This document shows positions 16,389 through 26,183 of a DNA stretch of 32,000 nt, piece after piece. The translations under genes and the position numbers were made by a program. This DNA comes from Halogeometricum borinquense DSM 11551 (GTDB lineage: Archaea; Halobacteriota; Halobacteria; Halobacteriales; Haloferacaceae), in contig NC_014729.1 of assembly GCF_000172995.2 (NCBI RefSeq), positions 2,310,001 through 2,342,000 on the forward strand. Reading direction: 5' to 3'. The notes beneath the pieces are model-generated. The model was not told the origin of the DNA. It saw only the letters and a program-made list of their open reading frames with translations, and searched no databases. Position 1 is the first letter of the stretch. Each line of letters opens with the position of its first letter.

Positions 16389-16710
16389 GTGGCGACTCTC
16401 CGGAGGTTTGCCGTCACGCGTTGTCCGCATCTAACGGATATTTTGTATTGCAATTATTGGTTTACGTCTGTTGTCGCATCCGTTCGGCAACGATAGACAG
16501 AGCAAGGAGTACAGTGCGTTCAAACAGCGATACACCGCGTTTCGTCCACACACATCAACAGGGTTCGAACGACGAGTGAGAACTTCGTCTGGACCTTCGA
16601 ATAACAGGTCTCTGGGCGACGCAGCTATGGTTTCATAACGAGAATCGCATTAAGTCGGGACGGCGTATCTACACGTGGGTATCTGGACCGACCAACTCAA
16701 GGTGAGACTC

Positions 16711-17082
16711 ATGGCCACAAATACAACGAACCGACGACTCATTGCACTCGTCCTCATCGCTCTCGGGGCGCTCATCCTGCTTCCAACCCTGTTCATGGGA
16801 TTCGGAACGATGGGCTACGGGCCGATGATGGGCGGCGGGATGTGGGGTCAGATGTGGGGAACCGGTGGTACCGTCCCGATGTGGGTTCCACTCGCAGGCC
16901 TCGTCATGCAACTGGTCTTCCTCGCTGTAATCGGCGGCGTCGCGTACCTCGTTTACAAGGCGATCACGGGGCCGGAGAGGACGGGTGACCGCGCACTCGA
17001 AGAACTCCGCGTCGCATACGCGCGCGGAGACCTGACGGACGAGGAGTACGAGGACCGGCGAAAGACACTCAAACGGGAATAG
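16711..17082 (+). CDS. SHOCT domain-containing membrane protein
   Basis: Gly/Met-rich membrane segment and the C-terminal SHOCT motif LEELRVAYARGDLTDEEYEDRRKTL. An alternative GTG start lies at 16675. Confidence 0.75.
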   Translation: MATNTTNRRLIALVLIALGALILLPTLFMGFGTMGYGPMMGGGMWGQMWGTGGTVPMWVPLAGLVMQLVFLAVIGGVAYLVYKAITGPERTGDRALEELRVAYARGDLTDEEYEDRRKTLKRE

Positions 17083-17096
17083 GGCAGAACGGATGC

Positions 17097-17101
17097 TTTT
17101 T
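17097..17101 (+). terminator. Oligo-T tract downstream of the SHOCT gene
   Basis: A T5 run lies 15 nt after the stop at 17082. Archaeal termination typically uses oligo-T. Confidence 0.4.
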
Positions 17102-17344
17102 CGACAGAGAACTGCGACGAGGCCAGCATTCGGTGGTTATTTTCTGTGCCGTGCGCGTGGCTGCTCCGGGCAGCGATAGTATTTCCGACCACGCCACCGT
17201 ATTTTGTACACCATATCTTGCGATATGAAATTGGGAACGACGGTGAACTACGGAGCAGAAGGTGCAGGCGAAGTCAGCGAGTCTTCTTCGGTCGAAACGC
17301 GCCGCTCAGACGGGAAGTGGCAGGTAAAATGGTGGGAGGAGAGC

Positions 17345-18139
17345 TTACGCTTCGAGTCCGAGTCCTGCTTCGTGGAGTGCCGTCTCCGTATCCGCATCGC
17401 GGTGGATAACCGCGCTTACGGCGCGCGTGATCGCCTCGGGATCGTCATGTTGGAAGATAGAGCGCCCCATCGAAACGCCCGCCGCACCGCCGTCCATCGC
17501 GCCGCGAACCATCTCTATCGTCTGGCGATCAGTGCCGCGACTCCCGCCCGCGATGACGACGGGAAGGCGCGTCGCCTCGCAGACGCGCTCGAACGTCTCC
17601 GCCTCACCGGTGTACGAGGTCTTCACTACGTCCGCGCCGAGTTCCTCAGCAAGACGGACGGCGTGAGCGAGGTTTTCGGCGTCCTGTGAGTCGATATCTT
17701 GTCCGCGTGCGTAGTTCATCGCGAGGACAGGGAGGCCGAAGCGGTGGGCTTTCTCCGTCAGTTCACCGAGTTGTGTCATCTGGTCGGGTTCGAACTCGCT
17801 GCCGACGTTCATATGGAAAGAGACGGCGTCGGCACCGACGCGAAGCGCTTCTTCGACAGAGCCAGTAAGTCGTTTATCGTTCGAATCCGGGCCGATGACA
17901 GTTGATCCGTTCAGGTGGACGATGTACCCTTTGCCGTTCTTTTTCGGGTGAACGCGCCGGGCGACACCTTTCTGCGTGAGAACGGCGTCCGCCCCACCGC
18001 GCGTGATCGCGTCAACCGTCGTTTCCAGGTCAACGAGGCCCTTTACCGGGCCAAGTGTGATTCCGTGGTCCATCGGGACGACGAGGTATCGCCCCCCTGT
18101 CGAGATCCGTTCGAGTCGTGCTGTGATTCCTACGTCCAT
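17345..18139 (-). CDS. aroA': 2-amino-3,7-dideoxy-D-threo-hept-6-ulosonate synthase (class I aldolase family)
   Basis: DeoC/FbaB-type aldolase motifs ([27 protein letters not shown]) next to aroB'. ATG 18139 removes the track-ORF overlap with trpA. Confidence 0.9.
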   Translation of the reverse strand: MDVGITARLERISTGGRYLVVPMDHGITLGPVKGLVDLETTVDAITRGGADAVLTQKGVARRVHPKKNGKGYIVHLNGSTVIGPDSNDKRLTGSVEEALRVGADAVSFHMNVGSEFEPDQMTQLGELTEKAHRFGLPVLAMNYARGQDIDSQDAENLAHAVRLAEELGADVVKTSYTGEAETFERVCEATRLPVVIAGGSRGTDRQTIEMVRGAMDGGAAGVSMGRSIFQHDDPEAITRAVSAVIHRDADTETALHEAGLGLEA

Positions 18140-18179
18140 GATGTTGTAGTGAGTATGCCAGAGTGTAACAAATGGTTCG

Positions 18180-19064
18180 TTATGTGCGTTCCGTTTCGGG
18201 CGCACGTTGCGCCAATCCTCGCTCCGCCCCGTCTTTCAACTCGCGCGCCTTCGATTCGAGGCGAGCGGCCACCGTCTCGGCGTCGTCGCCGTTCTCGTGA
18301 GCCGCCGCATCGTTAGACTGCATCTGACGGGGTGCCGAAGCACCTTCGGCGACGATATCGACGAGTGCGCTCCCGACGATGATTCCGTCCGCGCCGGCGG
18401 CAACGATACGTTCGGCGTGGTCGCCGGTCTTGATTCCGAAGCCGACGGCCTTCGGGATGTCGTACTCCGCTACCCGTTCGAGGCTCGATTCAGTCTGTCC
18501 GGAAACGTCGTCCTGCGCGCCGGTAACACCGAGACGTGCCTGCACGTAGACGTACCCCGAAACCTGTTCCATGATGCGGTCGAGTCTGTCACCCTGCGTC
18601 GTCGGTGCGACGATAAACACGAGATCCAGACCGAACTCGTCGCACGCCTCGCGCAGTGGGTCGGCCTCCTCGGCAGGTAGGTCCGGCACGACGAAGCCTG
18701 ACAGACCGACTTCTGCGGCCTTCTCGACGAACGGCCGCGGTCCGGACTCGTCTCCGAATCGGTAGATGAGGTTATAGTACGTCATACAGACAAGCGGTAC
18801 GTCCACGTCCAGTTCTTCGACGAACTCGAAGAACCGGTCGGGTGTCATCCCGCTCTCCAGCGAACGCACGACGGCGTTCTGAATCGTCGGTCCCTCCGCG
18901 ATGGGTTCGGAGAACGGAAGCCCGAGTTCGATCACGTCCGCGCCGCCGCGTTCGAGCGCCTCGACGTACTCGATTGATGACTCGTAGTCCGGGTCGCCCG
19001 CGGCGAGATAGGGGACGAATGCCGCGCCGTTCTCGAACGCGGCGTCAAGTTCAGGGTTCCCCAT
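18180..19064 (-). CDS. trpA: Tryptophan synthase alpha chain
   Basis: [28 protein letters not shown] and GFGI..GDH...[13 protein letters not shown] 19064 lies 1 nt after the trpB stop (TGAAATG). The track start 19157 lies inside trpB. Confidence 0.93.
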   Translation of the reverse strand: MGNPELDAAFENGAAFVPYLAAGDPDYESSIEYVEALERGGADVIELGLPFSEPIAEGPTIQNAVVRSLESGMTPDRFFEFVEELDVDVPLVCMTYYNLIYRFGDESGPRPFVEKAAEVGLSGFVVPDLPAEEADPLREACDEFGLDLVFIVAPTTQGDRLDRIMEQVSGYVYVQARLGVTGAQDDVSGQTESSLERVAEYDIPKAVGFGIKTGDHAERIVAAGADGIIVGSALVDIVAEGASAPRQMQSNDAAAHENGDDAETVAARLESKARELKDGAERGLAQRAPETERT

Positions 19065-19065
19065 T

Positions 19066-20313
19066 TCAGAACCCCCCCGCGAACGCGTCCATGTCAGGCG
19101 CGATATCGATGTCCCGCTTCGATGTTTCTTCGATGACCGATTCGAGGTCCTTGTCACCGCGACCGGAGACGTTCACCAGCACGGTATCGCCGAGTTCCTC
19201 GTGGTGTTCTTCGAGGTAGGCAAACGCGTGCGCCGTCTCCAAGGCGGGAATGACTCCCTCCAACTGCGAGAGACGATGGAATGCCGTGAGCGCGTCGTCG
19301 TCGCCGATGTTCACGGCCAGTACACGATCCTCGTCCACGAGGTGGGCGAGTTCGGGACCGACACCAGCGTAGTCGAGACCCGAGGAGACGCTGTGACTCT
19401 CCATAATCTGTCCGTCTCGATCTTGGAGGAGTTTCGTCCGCGCGCCGTGGAGGACGCCTTCGGACCCGGTCGAGAGCGACGCGGAGTTGGGTGCGACGCC
19501 CGCCTCCTCGTCTACTTCGAGCGTCGAACCGCCCGCTTCGACGGCGTACAGCGACACGTCCTCATCCGCAACGAACTCCGCGAACGCACCCATCGTGTTC
19601 GATCCGCCGCCCGCGCAGGCGAGCACCGAGTCCGGAAGCGTTCCGGCCTGTTCGCGCATCTGTTTACGGGCTTCTTCGGAGATAACCGACTGGAAGTCCC
19701 GGACCATCACCGGGAACGGGTGCGGACCGACGATGCTTCCGATGACGTAGTGGGTGTTTTCGACGTTCGTCGCCCAGTCGCGCATCGTCTCGGAGATCGC
19801 TTCCTTCAGCGTTCCACGGCCGACGGTGACGGGGTTCACTTCCGATCCGTTCAGGCGCATTCGGAAGACGTTCGGTCGCTGGCGGTTGATGTCGCGTTCG
19901 CCCATATACACCTCACAGGGCATGTCGAGGTGGGCGGCCGCCATCGCCGTCGCCGTTCCGTGTTGTCCCGCGCCCGTCTCAGCGACGATGCGCTCTTTGC
20001 CCATGTACTTCGCTAAGAGAACTTGCCCGAGAGCGTTGTTGAGCTTGTGTGCGCCGCCGTGAACCAAGTCCTCGCGCTTCATGTACACGTCGCAGTCGTA
20101 TCGCTCCGAGAGACGTTCTGCGTACTGCGTCGGCGTCGGCCGGCCGCCGAACTCCCGGAGTCGCCGCCGGAACTCGTCCATGAATCCGTCTTCGTTCTCC
20201 AACACGTACCGCTCGTACGCATCTTCGAGTTCCTCGATAGCGGGCATGAGCGCCTCGGGAACGTACTGTCCACCGTACTCACCAAACTTGCCGTCGAACG
20301 TCGTCTTACTCAT
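19066..20313 (-). CDS. trpB: Tryptophan synthase beta chain
   Basis: [25 protein letters not shown] (PLP lysine), GGGSNTMG and [10 protein letters not shown]. Confidence 0.97.
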   Translation of the reverse strand: MSKTTFDGKFGEYGGQYVPEALMPAIEELEDAYERYVLENEDGFMDEFRRRLREFGGRPTPTQYAERLSERYDCDVYMKREDLVHGGAHKLNNALGQVLLAKYMGKERIVAETGAGQHGTATAMAAAHLDMPCEVYMGERDINRQRPNVFRMRLNGSEVNPVTVGRGTLKEAISETMRDWATNVENTHYVIGSIVGPHPFPVMVRDFQSVISEEARKQMREQAGTLPDSVLACAGGGSNTMGAFAEFVADEDVSLYAVEAGGSTLEVDEEAGVAPNSASLSTGSEGVLHGARTKLLQDRDGQIMESHSVSSGLDYAGVGPELAHLVDEDRVLAVNIGDDDALTAFHRLSQLEGVIPALETAHAFAYLEEHHEELGDTVLVNVSGRGDKDLESVIEETSKRDIDIAPDMDAFAGGF

Positions 20314-21092
20314 TCTGATAGCTCCGTCTTCGCTGTCGCGTTGCTGAATCGGTCCGTGTTCGCGCGCACGTCGCCGTCCATGATTGCCGTCCCGATGAGA
20401 AGAGCGTCCGCACCCGCCGCGCGCATCCGCCGGGCATCTTCGGCGCTCGTCACGCCGCTCTCGGCCAGAAGCGTCACGTCGTCAGGGACGTGGGGAGCGA
20501 CGGATTCGAACGTTTCGAGATCGACCGCCAACGTCGCCAAGTCGCGGTTGTTCACGCCGATGATGTCGGCACCGGCGTCGAGTGCGCGGCCGAGTTCGTC
20601 GCGGTCGTGAACCTCGACGAGCGGTTGGAAACCTCGCTCTTTTGCGGCCGTCACGAGGTCCGAAAGGTCGTCTCCGAGAAATCGCGCGATAAGGAGAACG
20701 AGATCGGACTCGACGGCGTCCAACTGTGACTCGTTCACGACGAAATCCTTGCGAAGCACGGGAACATCGACGGCTTCGCGGATGCGTCGAAGGCTTTCGA
20801 CTGACCCGCCGAAATGGTCGGGTTCGGTCAGGACCGAGAGTGCAGTCGCACCGCCGGCGACCATCTCGCGAGCCAATTCGACCGGATCGTCGGTCCGCTC
20901 GCCTGCTGTCGTCGGACTGGTGGGCTTGACCTCTGCAACGACGGGGATGCGACCCGCGGCTTCGGTCGCGGCGACGGCATCAGGGAACGACCGCGCCGTC
21001 ACGGCGACGGGTTCGTCGCCGCCGGGTCGCTCTCGCGCGGCATCGAGGATCGAACGAACCTCGGGCGCGAGTGAATCCTCACTAGCGTTCAT
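20310..21092 (-). CDS. trpC: Indole-3-glycerol phosphate synthase
   Basis: [40 protein letters not shown]. Its stop overlaps the trpB start (ATGA at 20310-20313). Confidence 0.93.
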   Translation of the reverse strand: MNASEDSLAPEVRSILDAARERPGGDEPVAVTARSFPDAVAATEAAGRIPVVAEVKPTSPTTAGERTDDPVELAREMVAGGATALSVLTEPDHFGGSVESLRRIREAVDVPVLRKDFVVNESQLDAVESDLVLLIARFLGDDLSDLVTAAKERGFQPLVEVHDRDELGRALDAGADIIGVNNRDLATLAVDLETFESVAPHVPDDVTLLAESGVTSAEDARRMRAAGADALLIGTAIMDGDVRANTDRFSNATAKTELSE

Positions 21093-21176
21093 CGTTGTAC
21101 ACTAACGCACGTATCTGCACATAAGGCTTGCGCGTCGTCGTCAAGGTTCAAGGGTGGGCGCGGCAAATCCAAGGGT

Positions 21177-21629
21177 ATGAACGCAGGCGTGTTCGCCCGT
21201 GAGTCCGACCGACTCGGGCGAGCAGTGCAGATTGGTGTCGCAAGTGGAAGCATCATCAGCGTCTCATTCCCCGAGTCGGCCCCTGCGGACGCGGAATCCG
21301 AACATCCGATTCTTGACCGGGTGTTCGCATACCTCGACGGCGACGAGGACCACTTCGACGACGCTCCCGTCGCGCTGACCGTCCCAACGGATCACCGCCG
21401 CGTACTCGATGCGGTACGGAACATCCCCTACGGTGAAACGATTGCACTCCGGCGCGTCATTCGGATGGCCGGAATGGACCCCGAGGACGAAGACGACGTG
21501 GCAACCGCCCGGTCTGCACTCCGCGAGAACCCGGTTCCGCTGTTCATTCCGGACCATCGCGTCGATGACGCACCGGGGGCGATACCCGAAGCAGTCGCTC
21601 GCCGACTCCGGCAGGTAGAATCAGCCTGA
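21177..21629 (+). CDS. MGMT (O6-alkylguanine-DNA alkyltransferase) family protein lacking the acceptor cysteine (alkyltransferase-like)
   Basis: VRNIPYGETIALRRVIRMAG...ARSALRENPVPLFIPDHRV aligns with the MGMT helix-turn-helix and PCHRV region, with Asp at the Cys position (codon 21552-21554). Confidence 0.8.
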   Translation: MNAGVFARESDRLGRAVQIGVASGSIISVSFPESAPADAESEHPILDRVFAYLDGDEDHFDDAPVALTVPTDHRRVLDAVRNIPYGETIALRRVIRMAGMDPEDEDDVATARSALRENPVPLFIPDHRVDDAPGAIPEAVARRLRQVESA

Positions 21630-21658
21630 TCCCGCCCGTGATTTGACTCAGTCGGTCA

Positions 21659-22633
21659 TCACGAGCGCAAGTCGATATCGAGCGCCTCGTGAACGACGAA
21701 CTCCAGCGCGTTCACGAGATAGTGGGCGACAACGACGACGAACAGGCTCTCGGTGAGGATAAATCCCGCCGCGAGGACGAATCCTAACGCACCGGTGACG
21801 ACGACGCCGAGTCGTCCCTGCGCCCCGTGACCGAGCGCGAACGCGAGAGACGAGATAACCGCTAACAGCCACGGCGAGATGCCGAATCCGGCCGCGAAGA
21901 CGCCGACCAACGCCCCACGGAACAGCAGTTCCTCGAAGCCGGCGATGATGGGTAAGATGACGAGTAACAGTGCCACCCAGCCGGCGTTCGAATCGGGTGC
22001 AAGCAACTGCCGGAGTTGTTCGGACCGACCGAGTCCGTACGCCGAGCCGACGGCCGCGCCGACTTCGTTCACGGCGTAGAGTGCGAGACCGAGCGCGACG
22101 CCGACGAAAAGCCCGGAGACGGAGAACGCCTCGGTGCCCGCACCGAACGCGGACGCCGGAACCTGCGTGTACCACGCCCCGCCGAGGAGCGCGAGGGCGA
22201 ACAACCCTTGCGAGAACGCGACGTTGACCAACAGCGTGCCGGTCGAAAGTTCAGGTGTCTCCTCGGGCGGTGGTGGCCGGTATCGGACGCCCGACTTCGG
22301 CATGACGAGTTCTCTGTCGGGGTCGTACTGTTGTTCCGCACGCTGGCGTGCGTCCGATGCGGACACTACGCCGGTGTTCGTCTCACCATCGACTGGCGCG
22401 TCAGTAAGTGGGGTTTCTGCATCCGGATTCTGGTGTGAGCGGCCTGCATCCGACTCCGAAGATGAGTCATCGTCATCCGACTCAGGATGGGCGTTGTTTC
22501 TTCTGGGACCGGACCGGTCGCGTGGCGGTCGCTCACCGTCTGGAGAAACGACGCCCTGTGAGGCGTAAGAGAGTAAGAGAAGGCCCACCGTGACGACGCC
22601 CGCGAACGCAGCGAACGTCGCCCACTGGGGCAT
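21659..22633 (-). CDS. CPBP family intramembrane glutamic endopeptidase (CAAX protease / Abi)
   Basis: FEELLFRG and FALGH motifs in a polytopic C-terminal half. An N-terminal TM helix is followed by a long acidic low-complexity insert. The gene starts 7 nt after the lonB stop. Confidence 0.85.
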   Translation of the reverse strand: MPQWATFAAFAGVVTVGLLLLSYASQGVVSPDGERPPRDRSGPRRNNAHPESDDDDSSSESDAGRSHQNPDAETPLTDAPVDGETNTGVVSASDARQRAEQQYDPDRELVMPKSGVRYRPPPPEETPELSTGTLLVNVAFSQGLFALALLGGAWYTQVPASAFGAGTEAFSVSGLFVGVALGLALYAVNEVGAAVGSAYGLGRSEQLRQLLAPDSNAGWVALLLVILPIIAGFEELLFRGALVGVFAAGFGISPWLLAVISSLAFALGHGAQGRLGVVVTGALGFVLAAGFILTESLFVVVVAHYLVNALEFVVHEALDIDLRS

Positions 22634-22640
22634 TACGCAG

Positions 22641-24731
22641 TTACTGCGGACTCGGGCTCGACGGCCCGGAGACGGATTCCTGCGTGAACGCGGAGCCGGT
22701 GATGCTCTTGAGACGGTCCACGAGCGAGTCCTTCTCGGGTTCGCCTTCGAGTGCGATGTCGAGTACTTCGCTGATGTGCGAGACGGGGATGATTTCGACC
22801 ATCTCCTTGTACTCGTCTTCGATCATCACGTCCTGCATGTTCGCCTGCGGGATGATGATGCGTTCGCACCCGGACTTCGCAGCGGCCTCGATTTTGTGTG
22901 TGACGCCGCCGACGGGGAGCACGTCGCCGCGAACCGACAGACTGCCGGTCATCGCAAGCGACTGATCCACACCGACCTCTTCGAGGGCGGAGATGACCGC
23001 CGTCGCAACGGTGATAGAGGCGGAGTCGCCGTCTACACCACCCTGTCCGGCCTGCACGAACTGGATGTGGATGTCCCGCTCTGAGATGTTCTCGTCGGAG
23101 AACTTCTTGATGATAGCGGAGACGTTGTCCACAGCCTCCTGTGCCATCTCCTTCAGTTGACCCGTGGCGATGACTTCACCGGGACCCTGCGAAGGCGTGA
23201 CCTCGGCCATCACGGGGAGCATGATACCGGAGTCCTCGCCCATGACTGCGAGACCGTTGACGCGGCCTGCTTGGTACCCGTCCGCGACCTGCAGTTCGTA
23301 GTCCTTGCGGCGCTGGATGTAGTCGTCCGCGAGCTGTTGCTCGATAGAACGACTCCGACCCTTCGCCTGCAGGACGTGGTCGCGGGTGACGAAGTCCGCG
23401 TTCTCCGCACGAGCGATGTCGCCGGAGACGCGAACCAGTCCACCGAGGTTACGCAGTTCGAGTGTGAGGTGGCCCTTGCGGCCCGCACGGCGGCGAGCTT
23501 CGAGAATGACCTCTTCGATAGCCTCGGCGTTGAAGGCGGGGAGACGACCGTCCTTCTGCACCTCTTGGGCGACGAAGCGCGTGTACTTACGCCGCATCTC
23601 GGGCGTGTCCTCGATGGTGTCGTCCATGTACACCTCGTACCCGTAGCCCTTGATACGCGAGCGCAGGGCGGGGTGCATGTTCTCCATCGCGTCGAGGTTC
23701 CCGGCAGCGATCATGATGAAGTCCGTCGGGACGGGTTCCGTCTGGACCATCGCGCCCGAGGAGCGTTCAGACTGGCCCGTAATCGAGAACTCGCCCTCCT
23801 GAATGGCCGTCATCAGGTGCTGCTGAGAGCGGATGTCGAGCGTGTTGATCTCGTCGATGAACAGCACGCCCTTGTTCGCCTTGTGAATGGCACCGGGTTC
23901 GACCCGGTCGTGGCTCGGCGTCTCCATCCCACCGGACTGGAACGGGTCGTGCCGGACGTCACCGAGCAGCGCACCGGCGTGTGCGCCCGTCGCATCCTCG
24001 AACGGAGCCGTCGTCGTATCGGCGTTGTTCACGACGAGGTTGGGAATCATCGCGTCGCCGCCGCGAGATCCGTAGCGGAATGCGAGGTAGATAACACCGG
24101 CCGCAAGGATGCCAAGTAGCACCGCTCCCTCGATGAGAAGCGCATACCCGAGGACGATAGCGATGATAATCCACATGAGGAACGAGCGCATCTGGTTGCG
24201 CTTGCGTGCTTCCTCCTTGTGGGCCTCGACAATCTGTTCGCCCTTCCCAGCGGGGACCGTTCGAACCTTGGGATTGTTGCCGTCGTCGGGGTTGTGGTAG
24301 ACGAGAACGTCCTGAAGCTCCTCTTTCGGCAGGAGTTCGGACATCGCCTTAGCGAGCATCGACTTCCCCGTCCCGGGTGACCCGATCATCATCACGTGGC
24401 GACGCTGCTTTGCGGCCTTCATGACCACATCGCGAGCGTGCTCTTGACCGATGACTTGGTCAACAAGCCGGTCTGGGACCTCGATTTCGCTGGTCGAGTC
24501 TACCTGTAACCCACCGAGGAGGTCGTCCTCGTCAACGTCGTCCGCGACGTCGGCGGTGACCTCGACATCGCTCCCGAGGTCGTCGATAGTCCGTTTATCG
24601 TCGGCCCCATCGTCGGGCCCGGACTCCGGAAGGACCTCGTCGTCCAGTTCGGACGACGAGTCGGGGACCTCATCAGGTACATCGGTCCCTTCTTCCGGGG
24701 AGTTTTCGTCGGTATCCATGTCGTTGCTCAT
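22641..24731 (-). CDS. lonB: Archaeal membrane-bound Lon protease (LonB)
   Basis: Walker A GSPGTGKS; TM hairpin inserted in the AAA+ domain (FLMWIIIAIVLGYALLIEGAVLLGILAAGVIYLAF); protease domain DGDSASITVATAVISAL. Acidic N-terminal extension. Confidence 0.96.
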   Translation of the reverse strand: MSNDMDTDENSPEEGTDVPDEVPDSSSELDDEVLPESGPDDGADDKRTIDDLGSDVEVTADVADDVDEDDLLGGLQVDSTSEIEVPDRLVDQVIGQEHARDVVMKAAKQRRHVMMIGSPGTGKSMLAKAMSELLPKEELQDVLVYHNPDDGNNPKVRTVPAGKGEQIVEAHKEEARKRNQMRSFLMWIIIAIVLGYALLIEGAVLLGILAAGVIYLAFRYGSRGGDAMIPNLVVNNADTTTAPFEDATGAHAGALLGDVRHDPFQSGGMETPSHDRVEPGAIHKANKGVLFIDEINTLDIRSQQHLMTAIQEGEFSITGQSERSSGAMVQTEPVPTDFIMIAAGNLDAMENMHPALRSRIKGYGYEVYMDDTIEDTPEMRRKYTRFVAQEVQKDGRLPAFNAEAIEEVILEARRRAGRKGHLTLELRNLGGLVRVSGDIARAENADFVTRDHVLQAKGRSRSIEQQLADDYIQRRKDYELQVADGYQAGRVNGLAVMGEDSGIMLPVMAEVTPSQGPGEVIATGQLKEMAQEAVDNVSAIIKKFSDENISERDIHIQFVQAGQGGVDGDSASITVATAVISALEEVGVDQSLAMTGSLSVRGDVLPVGGVTHKIEAAAKSGCERIIIPQANMQDVMIEDEYKEMVEIIPVSHISEVLDIALEGEPEKDSLVDRLKSITGSAFTQESVSGPSSPSPQ

Positions 24732-24867
24732 AGAACTGTGTCGCTACTTCAAATGAAGGTTGCACGACTGATATACTTTCTCCTCAAATGCGGTCACCTT
24801 ACCAATCCGACATACAGCGTATTCACCCTCATACCCCCGAAATCGTCGTTTCAGGCGACTCGCCGGG

Positions 24868-24879
24868 TTTATAAATAAT
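24868..24879 (+). promoter_or_regulatory. TATA box for nadM (leaderless)
   Basis: tttataaataat is centred 26 nt upstream of ATG 24898. Confidence 0.5.
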
Positions 24880-24897
24880 CCCGATGAACGGCATAAC

Positions 24898-25434
24898 ATG
24901 CGGGGGTTCTACATTGGTCGCTTCCAGCCCTACCACAACGGCCACCACCGGATGGTTGAAGAAATTGCCGACGAAGTGGACGAACTCGTTCTCGGAATCG
25001 GGTCCGCCGGTGACTCACACTCACCACGGAATCCGTTCACCGCCGGAGAACGGATCATGATGGTCACGAAGTCCGTCGAGGCGTTCGACGTGACTACCTA
25101 CGCCGTCCCTATCGAGGACTTAGAGCGAAACTCCGTCTGGGTGAGCCACGTCCAGAGCATGTCGCCGGCGTTCGACGTGGCGTACTCGAACAATCCGCTC
25201 GTCATCCAACTGTTCAAAGAGGCGGGTGTCGAGGTGCGACAGTCTCCGATGTTCAACCGCGACGTGTTGGAGGGGACCGAACTCCGCGACCGGATGATCC
25301 ACGACGAGGACTGGCGTAATCTCGTTCCCGATCCGGTGGTCGATGTTATCGAAGAAATCGGTGGTATCGAGCGTCTACAGCGCGTCAGCCAGACTGACGC
25401 GAACGGCGGACGGGACAACGTCTCACCGTCGTAA
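24898..25434 (+). CDS. nadM: Nicotinamide-nucleotide adenylyltransferase (archaeal NMNAT)
   Basis: MRGFYIGRFQPYHNGHHRMV (the (T/H)xGH nucleotidyltransferase motif) and the typical ~175 aa length. A TATA box lies 26 nt upstream. Confidence 0.93.
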   Translation: MRGFYIGRFQPYHNGHHRMVEEIADEVDELVLGIGSAGDSHSPRNPFTAGERIMMVTKSVEAFDVTTYAVPIEDLERNSVWVSHVQSMSPAFDVAYSNNPLVIQLFKEAGVEVRQSPMFNRDVLEGTELRDRMIHDEDWRNLVPDPVVDVIEEIGGIERLQRVSQTDANGGRDNVSPS

Positions 25435-25438
25435 CGCC

Positions 25439-26089
25439 GTGTCCATCACGCTGGACCCGTTCGCTGTCATGAACGTCGTCGGTCTGCTCGCGTTCGCCGT
25501 CGCCGGGTCGCTCAAGGCCGCCGACGCCGGTCTCGACGCGTTCGGTGTGGCCGTCCTCGGCGTGATCACTGCGCTCGGTGGTGGGACCACTCGTGACGTA
25601 CTCGTTAATCGTCCTCCCGCCTCGCTGGCGACCACGTGGGATATGTCCGTCGCGCTCGTCGGTGTTGCCCTCGCCATCCTCTTGATTCGACGAACCCCCG
25701 AACACGTCAGCGTCCGCGACACCCCCGCATTCCTCGTGAGCGACGCCGTCGGACTCGCTGCCTTCGCCGCCACGGGTGCCCTCGTCGGCGCGCAAGCCGG
25801 CCTTACTCCGTACGGTATCGTCGTCTTGGCGACGGTGACGGCCGTCGGCGGCGGATCGCTTGCAGACCTCCTCATCGGCCGGATTCCAGTCGTGTTGCGC
25901 GAGGACTTCTATGCGACGCCCGCACTTCTCGGCGGCATCGCGTTCTGGGTTGCCGATGCGGTCGGTGCGCCCACGGGCGTACCAGCGGGTGTCTGCGCCG
26001 GACTCGTCTTCGCTACGCGGATGCTCGCACTCCGATACGAGTGGCACCTGCCGGAGATTCGCGTCGAGGGGCGGACTGGCGACAGTTAG
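25439..26089 (+). CDS. Trimeric intracellular cation channel (TRIC/UPF0126) family membrane protein
   Basis: Two UPF0126 repeats (GLLAFAVAGSLKA..GGGTTRDVL and GLAAFAATGALVG..GGGSLADLL). GTG 25439 lies 4 nt after the nadM stop; ATG 25469 is an alternative start. Confidence 0.85.
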   Translation: MSITLDPFAVMNVVGLLAFAVAGSLKAADAGLDAFGVAVLGVITALGGGTTRDVLVNRPPASLATTWDMSVALVGVALAILLIRRTPEHVSVRDTPAFLVSDAVGLAAFAATGALVGAQAGLTPYGIVVLATVTAVGGGSLADLLIGRIPVVLREDFYATPALLGGIAFWVADAVGAPTGVPAGVCAGLVFATRMLALRYEWHLPEIRVEGRTGDS

Positions 26090-26183
26090 CGACCGGCGAC
26101 AGTGAGAGACCAGCGACAGCTACCACCGTCGCTTGCGTACGCGTGGAATCTTGAAAATCGGATACAGCGAGCGATGCGTCCGC

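Noticed and set aside
16555-16575. gggttcgaac, which resembles a tRNA T-loop
   Set aside because: The flanking bases do not form a T-stem, and no acceptor or anticodon arms can be drawn. It is not a tRNA.
16373-16579. 68-aa plus-strand ORF in the aroB'/SHOCT spacer
   Set aside because: It is basic and Cys-containing with non-halophilic composition. It begins inside the aroB' promoter region and is more likely non-coding.
17137-17214. 25-aa very basic minus-strand mini-ORF (MVYKIRWRGRKYYRCPEQPRARHRK) in the convergent spacer
   Set aside because: It has no properly spaced promoter element, its composition is atypical for a halophile, and I have no conservation evidence. It is probably chance.
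21141-21175. TCAAGG / TTCAAGGG / TCCAAGGG short repeats upstream of the MGMT-like gene
   Set aside because: They are too short and degenerate to distinguish from chance without comparative data.
23157-24119. 320-aa plus-strand ORF antisense to lonB. The same reasoning applies to 15575-16219, 19201-20016, 26973-27752, 28878-29663 and 29951-30529.
   Set aside because: All lie opposite genes with clear family motifs and have Arg/Val/Gly-rich compositions with no recognisable domains.
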